A DNA stretch of 64,000 nt from Dissostichus eleginoides (Eukaryota), in contig CM062274.1 in the NCBI GenBank assembly GCA_031216635.1, forward strand, positions 26,420,913-26,484,912, read 5' to 3'. The notes under the pieces were generated by a model. That model was given only the letters and a program-made list of their open reading frames with translations, had not been told where the DNA came from and did no database searches. A program made the translations under genes and the position numbers. Shown one piece after another: positions 25,146-36,342 of this stretch (positions within the stretch are counted from its first letter, which is position 1; every line of letters begins with the position of its first letter).

Positions 25146-25409
25146 CTCTCTCCAGTACCTTTTGTATTTGTTAATCCTTCTGCTTGCGCTCCTACTTTGA
25201 AAAACATTAATGCCATGTAATGTTGATCATCTGTTTATACACGTTTGTGTTGTTCAAAACGTCCTCTGAATCCATGAATCCTTAATAACAGTTGATGAAA
25301 CTGTTTGTTAACAAAAAATAATACTATCTTCAAGTTCATCACAATCAGAGCTTCCTTCCGCTCTGTGATTGCTAACCTTCAAAGAACAGGATGAAAATCA
25401 ACTCTGAAT

Positions 25410-25411
<2 letters not shown>

Positions 25412-25456
<45 letters not shown>
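25412..25456. repeat. (CA)n microsatellite
   Basis: tcacacacacacac...acacgcgc. Confidence 0.9.
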
Positions 25457-26008
25457 GCATCCTGAGATTTATCTGTCAATTGTTGTTGGATAATCCCAGG
25501 TTTTCTTGCAAGGACACTGATAGAGATCATTTCTGAGACGAAAAAGTACTTGTTGATTTTTTAAATCCAGACTGACTTCTGTACGGAGGGTGTACCACCA
25601 AGAAAACATGATATACTGTTCTGACTTGAAATTAAAAAAAGGTTTACTTTTCCTGGGCTCTTTGGCTCTACATTTAATTAAAGGCAGTTTTGATGGATTT
25701 AGGGATAAATGAAGCTCATAGATCATAGTCTATGCTGTGTGTAACGTGAGTGTTATAGTTCCTTTGTGCAACCAGTTCAAATTGGATTCTGATGTTGGTT
25801 CCTTTTAAAGAATAATGCGAACAACTCCAAACAAGCAGTTCATCTGAATTGAGCGCTTAGACTCGCAGTGGAGCGTAGCTTTAGTAATGTGATATATTTG
25901 ATGATATTGTAATGCAGACAGGTACAGTTTAGTGAAGGTCTTCAAATGGACAACTAAGACATTTTATTTGGATTTTTTTTACTTTAACAATGTTTAACCT
26001 CTCTTTAG

Positions 26009-26107
26009 TGGTCTGCTGCCGCCCCGTGTCGGAGTGGAGCATCATGGGATTGAGAGAACAGACGCGGGTAATCTGGGCAGTGGAATCTATTTTAGTGATG
26101 ACCTGAA
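26009..26107 (+). CDS. parp4: parp4 exon 11 (PARP catalytic)
   Basis: Translation GLLPPRVGVEHHGIERTDAGNLGSGIYFSDDL (human GLLLPKVVEDRGVQRTDVGNLGSGIYFSDSL). Donor cctgaa|gtaagt. Confidence 0.9.
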
Positions 26108-26850
26108 GTAAGTGGAACATCTGAAATCAAGTTTGTTATGAAATATAAATCCTACTTCTATATACTACTCTTGAATTGCCTAAAACATTACCGAATGTAA
26201 TGAAACGATTGCGTCTATGAGAATTCATTGTATCTAAAACAGAGGTGTCCAAACTTTTTTCACCGAGGGCCACATACAGAAAAACATACGAAGGGCTGGG
26301 CCGCTCATTAGAGGTATATTACCTCGTAAGTTCAGTTATAAATAAGCAAAATCAATCAAATGTAGGTAAATGAAGCTTGTGAGTGTTGGCAGCTCATCCC
26401 TTAAAACAGAAGATTGATTATAATAAGGAGAAATAGAAGGGTGTATTTCATGCTTGTTATGTAAATAAGTCATTGGGCTTTTTCTTAACAACTAAGATAT
26501 GTTAGAAAATGTTTCCAACTTTAATTGACTGAATCCATTGAAAAGTGGTCTTATTAACACATGAAAACTACTGTGTAGTATATTTTTACATTTATCTTTA
26601 AGAAGTACAATACAAGACAAGCACAAGTTTCATTTGTGGACCATATTCCATTATACTTTTTTAATTTGCTGAGGGCCGATTCAAAATGGTCCGCGGGCCG
26701 CATTTGGCCCCCGGGACGTAGTTTGGACACCCCTGATCTAAAAGATGCTTTTCTAATGAGTCTTTGATCCTCATTTCATCCTATGGGGAACCAGATGGCA
26801 ACAACACACTCATCTGTAGTGAGACTGTTTTCCACTCTCCTTATCCACAG

Positions 26851-27034
26851 CACCAGTTTGAAATACTCCAAGCGCAGCGAGACAGACGGCTCTCGGCTGC
26901 TGTTGGTGTGTGATGTGGCGCTGGGTCAGTGCATGGACGTCCATAAGAAAGACCTCACCCTGACCGAGGCTCCGGAGGGATACGACAGCGTGCACGGGGT
27001 CCGCCGCACCCCCAACACTCACTCTGAGTTTGTG
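26851..27034 (+). CDS. parp4: parp4 exon 12 (PARP catalytic)
   Basis: Translation TSLKYSKRSETDGSRLLLVCDVALGQCMDVHKKDLTLTEAPEGYDSVHGVRRTPNTHSEFV (human STSIKYSHPGETDGTRLLLICDVALGKCMDLHEKDFSLTEAPPGYDSVHGV). Donor gtg|gtaggt. Confidence 0.9.
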
Positions 27035-27038
27035 GTAG

Positions 27039-27492
27039 GTGTTTTCATGCTAATTGTTAAGAAAATATCACTCGTAACCGGCTTGAGCTTCAATAATCAG
27101 GATACATGTATTTATTATCCTTGCAAGAATGGAAGTAGTCATCACATACAGAGGATACAGTATGGGACAAATAGTTCCCAGAACAGTGTCCTTCAGATGC
27201 TTTATACAAGAGAGGGTGTATTCAGTCACAAGATGCAGAATACCGGTTCAAAGCAGTATACAATGTTTAGTTTAGATTAGCTAAGATCCACGTAAGCAAT
27301 GATCATGCTTGTCATATGTCTATCTCCATAGAGGCTGAATCATCATGTTAATCACATAGCTGTCGTATTTCTAAAACAGTCCTGATGCTCTTCTAGGTAA
27401 TCACACATCCTGTTACGCACACAGCTACGTACGGCCTTTGTTATCATGCGCTACTCTGATATTGGAAGAGTACATTCAGTATTTTCCCAACA
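27039..27492 (+). mobile_element. MITE family C copy 1 (~450 bp, TIR GTGTT(A/G)GGAAAATA)
   Basis: Begins 4 bp after the exon-12 donor. About 90% identical to the reverse complement of 33477-33899. Confidence 0.65.
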
Positions 27493-28061
27493 CTAATGTA
27501 CATGAAATTAAAGCCTGTTTCTGCAGCTAAAATAGATTTTATTTCTTTATTTTCAAGACTGTGATACAGTTTATCAAATTAGATTTTAAGATGCTGAGTG
27601 AAATAAACAAAGACTGACTGTTTTGCACTATCAAAGCTTGTATTAAGAATCTTAGGAGATAAATGTGTATATGATTGTATAGATGTGTGTGCAAGTACGT
27701 AGTATGTATTGTTTGTCTGTTCATTATTGTAACAAAAACGAAAAACAACTAAAAGGATTTCAAATGTACTTTTGAATTATATATCATGTTTTCTACATAA
27801 TCTCCCTGAAAGAAAAAGTAAAACATATTTTTGGTGATTGTGGTTATAAATGTTATTTAGTGCTGTTGGATTAGAAGTTTTTGACCAAAGTTTCAAATGT
27901 TTTTGAAAAGATAACATATTTCTTTATTTTTAACCATATTCTTTGATATATTCTATAGAGATTTTAATAATTGTTATATACAAATAATTTCAAAGCTTTA
28001 AATAATCTTTACTTCTAAGTCTGTGTACACTGTAACATGTATACTTGTACTTGTGCTCCAG

Positions 28062-28224
28062 GACGATGAGTACGTGGTGTACAGTCCTGATCAGGTGAAA
28101 CTGAAGTTTGTGGTTCAGTTCAGCGTCGAGGGAGACGCACCGAAGGAGTTCAGTCCAAACATCAACATCTGCGCTGAGCCCTCTCCGGACCGAGATGAGA
28201 AGATAACTGAGAAACCTGACAATG
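28062..28224 (+). CDS. parp4: parp4 exon 13 (end of PARP catalytic)
   Basis: Translation DDEYVVYSPDQVKLKFVVQFSVEGDAPKEFSPNINICAEPSPDRDEKITEKPDN (human DDEFVVYKTNQVKMKYIIKFS). Donor aatg|gtatac. Confidence 0.88.
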
Positions 28225-28616
28225 GTATACTTCTCCTGAGGTCCAGCACTTTGAATATCTGATCTGATATACACACCCATATTGTTTTGAGGTGTATGTC
28301 ATGTTTTATTTCAGTTGAGGGATGATGAAAAAAAGTCTTGCTTCTTCCAGCTCCTAAAGACATTTTAAAACCACTTTGCTAATATTATATTGGTATTTGG
28401 GAACAACACAACTTTAATAAAGTAAAATCCCCCAATCCACTTAAATTAGGCAGCGTTTTACTTCAGACAGTAGGAAAGCTTTTCTCCCAAGATTAATGGA
28501 CAGGTCAGATTGGGAATGGAAATAAAGAGATCCACAGTGTTTTGCCATTGAAAGGATCAATGTTGTCATTACACTGCAATCAAACAAACATTGTGTGTGT
28601 CTTGGTTTGTGTGTAG

Positions 28617-28759
28617 ATAAGGAGCTCACGTTGGATGAAATTGAAATCTGTACTAACCCTCTGGACGACATGAAGTCCGGACTGATGGACAGCTCAGGTC
28701 AGCAGCTCCCTCTGCAGGCCGTCCACGTGAAGTGCAAATTGATGGATCTGCTCTCTCAG
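28617..28759 (+). CDS. parp4: parp4 exon 14 (VIT domain start)
   Basis: Translation DKELTLDEIEICTNPLDDMKSGLMDSSGQQLPLQAVHVKCKLMDLLSQ (human ...GNLVPLEDVHIKGRIIDTVAQ). Acceptor gtgtag|, donor ctcag|gtgaaa. Confidence 0.85.
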
Positions 28760-28964
28760 GTGAAAACAGACCAACTCACTCAGATTTTTTGTTCAGATAG
28801 ATGATCTATTGGTTGATTTGAATTAAACCTCGTAAAATGCATCAGACTACCATAGGAGAATATATCTTATTCTCATTGCTAAATGTACTGGATCTAAAAA
28901 AACACTGTTATACAAGTATCTAATCCGTAATTAAACTCAATTGTTCCTTCTGTCCTCTTTTCAG

Positions 28965-29096
28965 GTCATCATCTTCCAGAAATACACAAATCTGAGCTCT
29001 GTGCCCATCGAGGCAAAGTATGTCTTCCCCCTGGAGGATTCTGCAGCAGTGTGTGGATTTGAAGCTTTTATTAATGGGAAACATGTGGTGGGACAG
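28965..29096 (+). CDS. parp4: parp4 exon 15 (VIT)
   Basis: Translation VIIFQKYTNLSSVPIEAKYVFPLEDSAAVCGFEAFINGKHVVGQ is near-identical to human VIVFQTYTNKSHVPIEAKYIFPLDDKAAVCGFEAFINGKHIVGE. Confidence 0.93.
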
Positions 29097-29412
29097 GTAA
29101 CCTAACTTTACTTTCACAGATATTAGTCTTACCCTCTAGTTACTGTATTTATTTCTCATATAGACTTATTTTATTCATTAGATCATTTCTTAATGATTTA
29201 TCTAATTTATTAATATCTGGCAGTTTCTATGTGCTGGGGACCTGTACTTTACATTTATATCATAAAACTTACTGTGAACTGGAAAATAAACTATTTTATT
29301 AAACATATTTTGTCATTGTATTATGTCTAACAGCAAAACTCACCCACCAGTAAAATACAAATTCACTTTATGGATTTTTTGTCAAAACTATTTTGCCTTG
29401 TTTGTATCTCAG

Positions 29413-29499
29413 GTGAAAGAGAAAGAGACGGCACGCAGGGAGTACAAGCAGGCGATAAAGAAAGGACATGGAGCCTACCTCATGGACCAGGACGCCCCC
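29413..29499 (+). CDS. parp4: parp4 exon 16 (VIT)
   Basis: Translation VKEKETARREYKQAIKKGHGAYLMDQDAP (human IKEKEEAQQEYLEAVTQGHGAYLMSQDAP). Donor ccccc|gtatgt. Confidence 0.9.
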
Positions 29500-30047
29500 G
29501 TATGTTCACCCTCTGCATTCAAGATCTAAACAAAACAATCTCTGATTCTGAAATATTACTCTGATCAATCAATATAAAAGAAAGTGTTATTACCCCTTTT
29601 CACAACACCTTATTTACTTATCGAATCAATGCATGAAATTGGGTTGCAAAAGCCGGAAACGACTGGTTACAGAAGTGTTTTCGCTATTCTCTATTCGTTC
29701 AACATTATTATCAGTATTGCTTCATGAAGAGACACGGGACTCGCCCAAATTCTCTGATAAGTAACAATCATATTTACAAGCTTAAACTATTCCACTATAA
29801 CACTATATGTAATTTAGCATTGCAGAAGGCTGTAGAAACTACAATGCCCATGAGCCCCAGAACACCGTTGTTATGGAGAAAAAAAATGTGTTTCAGTTAT
29901 TTACAAACGCAGCCCCATTTATGTTCAGCCAAAGTTCACCCCAAAATTCAAAATACATCTTGGATATGTCTATCTCCCAAGAAATGAACCTTTAATGTAC
30001 ACACCTTGTTTCTTCTACTTTGTATCAACAGATTTTGATTGTTAGTG

Positions 30048-30560
30048 TTAAAGGTCACCTATTATGCAAAATCCACTTTTTCATGTCTCTTCTACATCAA
30101 CATGTGTCCCCTCTGTGTAAAGAGATCCTGAAAGTTTCAGGAAAAAAGATTCTCTCACTTTTTGTGCTGATCCATTTATATAAAAACCTGTCTGAAAATG
30201 AGCTGATCAGATTTGTGCCACTTTATGATGTCATAACGATGTTTTGGGTTGTGTAACCATTAGCCAATCACCAACCAGGTACCCCCCCCCATCCTTATCA
30301 CCTGAATCTCCTCCTAGAGCACCATTGTGTTCTTTTTAACCAAATATCTCTCAGAGGGGCGTGGGGAGGGGCTCCTTATTTTCATCTAAAGTAACAGACA
30401 GAGAATCAGCACTTTGGAAACAGGGCTGAAACAGAGGGGATTATGGGATGCTGCAATGATCTGTTTGGTGTTTGGAGCCAAACACTTCAGAGACAAGTTT
30501 TGTATACATCTGAGACCTATAATATATCGATGAAAAAGACTATAATAGGGGACCTTTAAA
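30048..30560 (+). mobile_element. MITE family B copy (TIR TTAAAGGTCACCTATTATGCAAAA)
   Basis: Starts ttaaaggtcacctattatgcaaaa and ends tataataggggacctttaaa, giving ~24-bp terminal inverted repeats. About 513 bp. Lies in parp4 intron 16. Confidence 0.7.
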
Positions 30561-30666
30561 TACTGTATTCAAGTAAAATGTATACAAAATGATTTTCCTC
30601 CAGAGGTGATTAAAATAGTTATTTCCACTTTGTATCTCTAACTCCTTCACTGTGTGCTCTCTGCAG

Positions 30667-30831
30667 GATGTGTTCACCATCAGTGTGGGCAATCTGCCGC
30701 CCAATGCGACCGTCCTCATTAAAGTCACGTTTGTGTCCGAGCTGGTCGTCACGGACGGGTTAATTTTCTTCCATCTCCCTGGGAGCGTGGCTCCATGGCA
30801 GGAGAGTGCGGCGCTCAACCAGACCACACAG
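30667..30831 (+). CDS. parp4: parp4 exon 17 (VIT)
   Basis: Translation DVFTISVGNLPPNATVLIKVTFVSELVVTDGLIFFHLPGSVAPWQESAALNQTTQ (human DVFTVSVGNLPPKAKVLIKITYITEL...ATVAPWQQDKALNE). Acceptor ctctgcag|, donor acacag|gtaaag. Confidence 0.9.
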
Positions 30832-32205
30832 GTAAAGGGAGGTCCAAATGTATACCCCAACAACAATACTCCACAAAGTAAAGTCTTAATTCACCCTTTC
30901 ACTCTTGCCTTCAACTCCTAATCCACTAACCCCTCGCCCTTATTCCACCTAGCTTAGCACTTTTTACTTTTGTTGTTATTTATTTTTCTTCTTTACTTGA
31001 TTGTAAAGTGCTTTGAGCACCAGGAAAAGCGCTATATAAATGTAATGTAGTATTATTATTATTATATTATTATTATTATTAATCTGAATGTTGTCTTAAG
31101 GTGCAACAACGATTCAATCAGAAGAGATGTTTTTGATGTAAGAATACATATGTATTGCCAGGAATACACAAATGAATGTAATGGAGTTTTGGCGATTAGG
31201 CCCCGTTATGCAGGAGTATCATTTGGGAGGGGAGAACCGATCCGATGAAACCCCCGGGGTCTAGACACTGGTGGTGGTGAATGGATAGTTGGGTTCGGTC
31301 TGAAGGGGAGTGGCTTAGCTTGACCCTGGATTCAGAGGGACAGGAGGTGAAAAAGGGGAGGAGGAGGGTTGCGGGTTGAGTCACCTGAAATGACAGCTGA
31401 CAGAGGGGGGAGAGCAGATTTAAAAAAGGGTTAGCGGAGCGCTATGATAGGCATGTGAGAATAGAGCGAAGTGATTGGTTAAGCTGGGGAGTGACGCCCC
31501 CGATCACTTAATGAGAGGAGAGAGAGTAGTGACGTAGACATAGTAAATGAATGAGTAAAGAAGGTCTTCCTGGTTGAACTTGCGCTGAGCTTCAAAAGTG
31601 CCTTAAAAGAGCGAAACAGCAAAAAAGAGTATAATACACACCCGAATAAGATAAGATGGACCTTTATCAATCCCGTGGGGAAATTCAGTAGTTTAACAGC
31701 AACAGATTAAAATTGGAAAACAGGATAGCACAGAATCACACAGATTGATACAATTAAGGATAAAATCAAAGATACAAATTAAAAATGGTAAATGACTATA
31801 AAATAAGAAATGAATTCAAATGAACATATATACATATTTAGTCATGTGTACATATTATTTACATGTGTGTTTGAAAACAATGTGTATTTTGCAATATATG
31901 CATGTGTTTTCATCAGTTTGAATTATTTACTTTTTTAGTATTTTTCTCCTTTTTTGTGGCTTGAAAGCAATTAAATATATAAGATATCAAATAAAGCGGG
32001 ACTTTTCATAGTCTTCCTTCATAAAGCTATCCTACGTCTGCATGAACCATTCAACAATGGAGAGATACAAATCGGAGGTGTTGCTGTTTTTATTGTTCAG
32101 TTTTTCCAGTTGTGTTTGTGTTCGTCTAACTTACTTATGTGCGGGGCTCTGCATTGAAAACTAAATACTGTTAATGTTCCTTGTTTGTCTTGCATTGATC
32201 AACAG

Positions 32206-32243
32206 GTCACTGTGGAGAAGGTGTGTGTGAAAGATGAGGCGAG
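32206..32243 (+). CDS. parp4: parp4 exon 18 (short)
   Basis: Translation VTVEKVCVKDEAR (human DTVEKICIKEIGT). Acceptor gatcaacag|, donor gcgag|gtgagc. Phase links exons 17 and 19. Confidence 0.75.
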
Positions 32244-32555
32244 GTGAGCTATGTTTTGTATTTTGACTATTTTAATGCACTTTAGCTTAATTGTAATCCT
32301 TCAATTTGACACCACCTTTTGTTCTGAATGTTTGTGAAAAAGCACACTGTCCATTAACTTGTTTATCCACAAATATTGCATCAATGACACTTTTGTCCGT
32401 TAATAATTTGTCATTATCTCAGTTAAACATTTGGATAGAGAAATAAGTTGTGTTTTTCATCGTTGCCTCTTTGTCCTTCTTACTGTGTTTTTGTAATGTA
32501 GACTTTAATGTACATCACATTAAAGGCTTTGCTCAATCTGTTGTTTATTTCTCAG

Positions 32556-32637
32556 AGAGTTCACCCTGGACATGTCGATTGAGATGCCGAATGAGATCAC
32601 AAAGCTGCGTTGCATCAGCCATAAAGTCAAGATCAAG
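32556..32637 (+). CDS. parp4: parp4 exon 19
   Basis: Translation EFTLDMSIEMPNEITKLRCISHKVKIK (human SFSLTMSIEMPYVIEFIFSDTHELKQK). Donor atcaag|gtaatc. Confidence 0.85.
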
Positions 32638-32827
32638 GTAATCTGTGTTTGACATTTGTTTGGGATTTTTTAGACATTGTTACATGGCTGTCAGTTATCG
32701 TCTCTGTCTTACTGTGTTCCTCCACACATCAAGAAATAACAAATATTGTACACTTCTATAGAAATAGCATGTATTCTCTTGACTTGATGCGTTTGGAAAT
32801 GCAGACAAAAGTGTACCAAAAATATGT

Positions 32828-33070
32828 AAAATGCCTTAAAGGTGGGGTAGGTAAGTTTGAGAAACCGGCTCGAGATACACTTTTTGTTATATTCCATGGA
32901 ATGCTCTTAACATCCCGATAGCAATGAATATCTTAAGTGCTTTGACAAAAAATCGTTCGTGTGTGTTGGAGGAGGGGCTCTGTAAGGAAGTGGCAGATTT
33001 TTTCAGGTTGTGTATTTTCAAATTCTAGCGCACTCGAGCTGGTTTCTCCAAAATTACCTACCCCACCTTT
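32828..33070 (+). mobile_element. MITE family A copy (TIR AAAGGTGGGGTAGGTAA..., internally deleted)
   Basis: aaaggtggggtaggtaagtttgagaaaccggctcgag ... ctcgagctggtttctccaaaattacctaccccaccttt. Long palindromic termini. Confidence 0.65.
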
Positions 33071-33476
33071 AATGCTAAATTGTTTGGCATTTTGATCATG
33101 TAGCCGTACATTGCACAACCTGGATAATGAAAAGTAAAATGTCTACGTATGTAATTCTACTATTGGGGTTGTCATTTCTACCTCACTCTAGTGCTGAAAT
33201 GATGCCAGAGTTTTTTATAATTAACAATATCTTGATTTAGCTAAATAGTTTTCATCTCCAAATCTCCCTGGCACAGCTTCAATAAAATACCTTGTTTTTT
33301 TATCATACCAAAATTAGTTTTGTCTTTATCTGCTAATCAGACTGCATAAATGTACAGTTTTTGTATCGGATTACGCAGATTTGTCATTATGTTGGAGGTA
33401 TCTTACACTAAATATTTGACTCGTCGTTACTATGTTTGATAGTATAGTCCATAATAAAATAAAATGATTTCTTTAT

Positions 33477-33899
33477 GTTGGGATAATACTGAATGTACTC
33501 TTCCAATATCAGAGTACACATGATAACAAAGGCCCTACGTAACTGTGTACATGACAGGATGTATGATTACCTAGAAGAGCATCAGGACTGTTTTAGGCAT
33601 ATGACAGCTATGTGATTAACATGATGATTCAGCTTCTATGGAGATAGACATATGACAAGCATGATCATTTCTGACGTGGAGCTAATCTGAACTAAACATT
33701 GAATACTGCTTTCTATTCCTCCATCTTGTGACTGTGTAACTCCCTCTCTTGTATATAAGCATGTGAAGGACACTTTTCAGGGGAACTATTTGTCCCAAAT
33801 GCTCTGTATGTGATGACTACTTCCATTATTACAAGGATAATTAATACATGTATCCTGACATTGAAGCTCAAGCCGGTGACGAGTGATATTTTCCTAACA
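33477..33899 (-). mobile_element. MITE family C copy 2 (inverted orientation)
   Basis: gttgggataatactgaatgtactcttccaatatcagag ... gtgatattttcctaacac is the reverse complement of copy 1. Lies in parp4 intron 19, ~60 bp upstream of exon 20. Confidence 0.65.
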
Positions 33900-33960
33900 C
33901 TTTATGATCTTCATGTGTATCCTTTTTTCTTTTCTGTGTGTTTGTGTGATATTCCCACAG

Positions 33961-34098
33961 AAAACCGACTGTAAGGCAGTGTTGAGCGTGCTGCCAGGAG
34001 AGGTCATGGGTCCAGTTGGCTTCATGCTGTCCGTCACTCTGTCAGAGGTCCACCTGCCCAGGATGTGGGTGGAGAAACACCCCGACAAGGACAGCCAG
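33961..34098 (+). CDS. parp4: parp4 exon 20
   Basis: Translation KTDCKAVLSVLPGEVMGPVGFMLSVTLSEVHLPRMWVEKHPDKDSQ (human RTDCKAVISTMEGSS...LPRMWVEKHPEKESE). Confidence 0.9.
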
Positions 34099-34124
34099 GT
34101 CTGCATGTCTGTCTGCATGCATTC

Positions 34125-34705
34125 CTCTCTTTATCTCTCTCTGGAGCCAAGGCAGAACGTATACAAGTTAGCGCTGAGCTTCAGTCTGCAACGTTCAAAA
34201 CAACAGATAGAGCCAGACATCTAGGTGTCGTCATGGACTCTGACCTGAGTTTCAACAGTCACATTAAAACAGTTACTAAATCAGCCTACTATCACCTAAA
34301 GAACATATTAGGATTAAAAGACTAATGTCACAGCAGGATTTGGAAAAACTTGTCCATGCTTTTATCTTCAGCAGACTTGACTACTGTAATGGTGTCTTCA
34401 CAGGTCTCACTAAAAAATCCATTAGAAAGCTGCAGCTGATTCAGAACGCCGCTGCTCGAGTCCTCACTAACACTAAGAAAGTACTTTTAAATCCAGGCTG
34501 AAGACTTTTCTCTTTGCCGCTCTTTTAATTGAACTATTCATATCTTAAACTGCACTGTAACTTTTATTCATGTATTTTGTCTTTTAATGTTTATTTTATT
34601 ATCTTTGCTTTTTAATGACTGTTTTTAAATGCCATTTTCTTAATGTCTTTCATTTTGTAAAGCACTTTGAATTGCCTTGTGTTGAAAGGTGCTATATAAA
34701 TAAAC
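34125..34705 (+). mobile_element. Non-LTR retrotransposon 3' fragment (teleost-common repeat)
   Basis: Translated remnant ...DSDLSFNSHIKTVTKSAYYHLKNI...LIHAFI.SRLDYCN...KLQLIQNAAARVLT, then tail gtaaagcactttgaattgccttgtgttgaaaggtgctatataaataaa. The same tail occurs at 21285-21365 (-), 51440-51840 (+), 30985-31085 and 4225-4290. Confidence 0.55.
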
Positions 34706-34774
34706 TTGTCTTGCCTTGCCTCTCTTCATCTCCCTCTGTCTCTTTGTTTAAACATCTCTCACTTTCTCCTCTAG

Positions 34775-34964
34775 GCCAGCATGTTAGTTTTCTATCCAGA
34801 CTTTGAAGTGAACTCCGAGCGTGAATCTGATGAACTCGTCTTGCTGCTCGACACGTCGGAGTCCATGAAGGGAGAGTCTCTCATCTTGGCCCAGAAAATC
34901 GCCCTGAAGGTCCTCAGACAAATCGATAACAAAACCAAACTCAATGTCATTTTATTTGGCACAG
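34775..34964 (+). CDS. parp4: parp4 exon 21 (vWA domain start)
   Basis: Translation ASMLVFYPDFEVNSERESDELVLLLDTSESMKGESLILAQKIALKVLRQIDNKTKLNVILFGT (human ACMLVFQPDLDV...VIICLDCSSSMEGVTFLQAKQIALHAL...KVNIIQFGTG). Contains the vWA MIDAS-like D-x-S-x-S motif. Coordinates cross-checked against ORF 34781..35002. Confidence 0.9.
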
Positions 34965-35391
34965 GTCAGTTTGAATGTGTATTCATTTTGGGTAAAAATT
35001 GATAAAGCAATACGGGGAAGTACAAGTTAGAAAGGTGAGACAATGTTAAACTATCTCACCATTAATGAGTAAGCTAAAAGTAATTTGACTGAATCAAATA
35101 AATGAAATAAAAGATGAATAAGTTATGTAATAAAACTGCAAGGCACAAGCCATGACACTGCTTTGGTTTTGATAATATGTTATTTACTCTTACATTCATT
35201 AGTGCTTCAGCACTTCCTCTCACGTCATCCAACATTTCAAGTACAAGAAAACTGCTTTTAGGGACTTTCCGTCTGAAGTCAACTCTTATTTTACATAAAA
35301 GTCTCCTCTTATTCCAAACTCAGTTCAACCAATAGATTATAATTTTAGCGAAAGTATAATGTGTTTTTTTTTCTGTGTGTTTGTCTGTCAG

Positions 35392-35462
35392 ATCACAAAG
35401 ACGCTTTCCTCACAGCACGGCCGCTCTTTGAAGCTCAACCGGCAGCAGAAACATTTATCAAG
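35392..35462 (+). CDS. parp4: parp4 exon 22 (vWA)
   Basis: Translation DHKDAFLTARPLFEAQPAAETFIK. Acceptor gtctgtcag|, donor atcaag|gtgagt. Phase links exons 21 and 23. Confidence 0.75.
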
Positions 35463-36154
35463 GTGAGTCTTTGGTTCATTAATATAACATAGAATGAAGG
35501 TTCATTCTATATATAGCTATATAACATTTTAATCTATAAAATGTATCTCACCTCTCTGTGTAATGTACTGTAGTATCGACTAAACCACCTTAAACGACTT
35601 ACCAATCACTGTACTGTAATAACATATTTTCAGTATACTACACTTGAGTTTTCGGCCATGACAGGAACTTGGTCCTGTGACACATGGACTCGATAAACTT
35701 GACTATTCCTTACAATATATTTCTCATATCTCTAAAATAAAACAGGAAACGATATTGAGAAGTATTGCCTTGGCAAAATTGGTCAGTGTAAGATGAATTT
35801 CTTATTTTAGTTTACGGCTTTCTATAACGACATACAGAATAATACTATATTAGATTTGAAAAGTAAACTAGTCATTGAAGAGACTTAAAAGTAATTCCAG
35901 AACATACTGGAAGGAACTGTTTTAGCTGTACACAAAACGTGTGCTGTTGTTTTTATCAAACAGGTCCGTTTTACACAGAACTTATTTTTTACAATATTCC
36001 AAAAGCCTATGGAGAAATCCCATTGCTTTTTTGTCGGGGGAACCCATGCTCAGCTTATTTCCAAGTCGGCCTACAAAAATACGTCATCACTGTACCACTC
36101 TATAAACCCGTTTCTGATTGAGATTCTCATTCCTCCTCCTCTCCCTGCCACCAG

Positions 36155-36342
36155 CTCTCCTCTCCAGTAGGGGGCAGCACTGAGCTGTGGCGGCCCCTGC
36201 GAGCTCTCAGCCTGCTGCCTCCGTCCCGCGGCGTCAGGAACCTGCTGCTGCTGTCGGACGGACACATCCAGAACGCAGAGCTCACCCTGCAGCTGCTCAG
36301 AGACAACGCCGAGCACAGCCGCCTCTTCACCTGCGGCCTCAG
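36155..36342 (+). CDS. parp4: parp4 exon 23 (vWA)
   Basis: Translation LSSPVGGSTELWRPLRALSLLPPSRGVRNLLLLSDGHIQNAELTLQLLRDNAEHSRLFTCGL (human ...GNTDFWKTLRYLSLLYPARGSRNILLVSDGHLQDESLTLQLVKRSRPHTRLFACGI). Confidence 0.9.

Noticed and set aside
24852-25216. Minus-strand ORFs of 74-97 aa rich in CV dipeptides.
   Set aside because: They are translations of the (CA)n tract that follows parp4 exon 10. The real coding signal here is the + strand exon 24936-25067.
26783-27280. 165-aa ORF suggesting a long exon.
   Set aside because: Only 26851-27034 matches PARP4. At 27035 there is a consensus donor (gtg|gtaggt), and the remainder translates MITE family C sequence.
30020-30256. ORF 30020..30256 (+) and ORF 38053..38382 (-) with shared peptide ...KGHLLCK.HFFMSLLHQHVSPLCKE.LKVSGKKI.SLFVLI.LYKN.SENELIRF.PLYDVI...
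   Set aside because: The conservation comes from two copies of MITE family B in opposite orientation (TIR ttaaaggtcacctattatgcaaaa), not a protein-coding gene. There are no splice context or homology signals.
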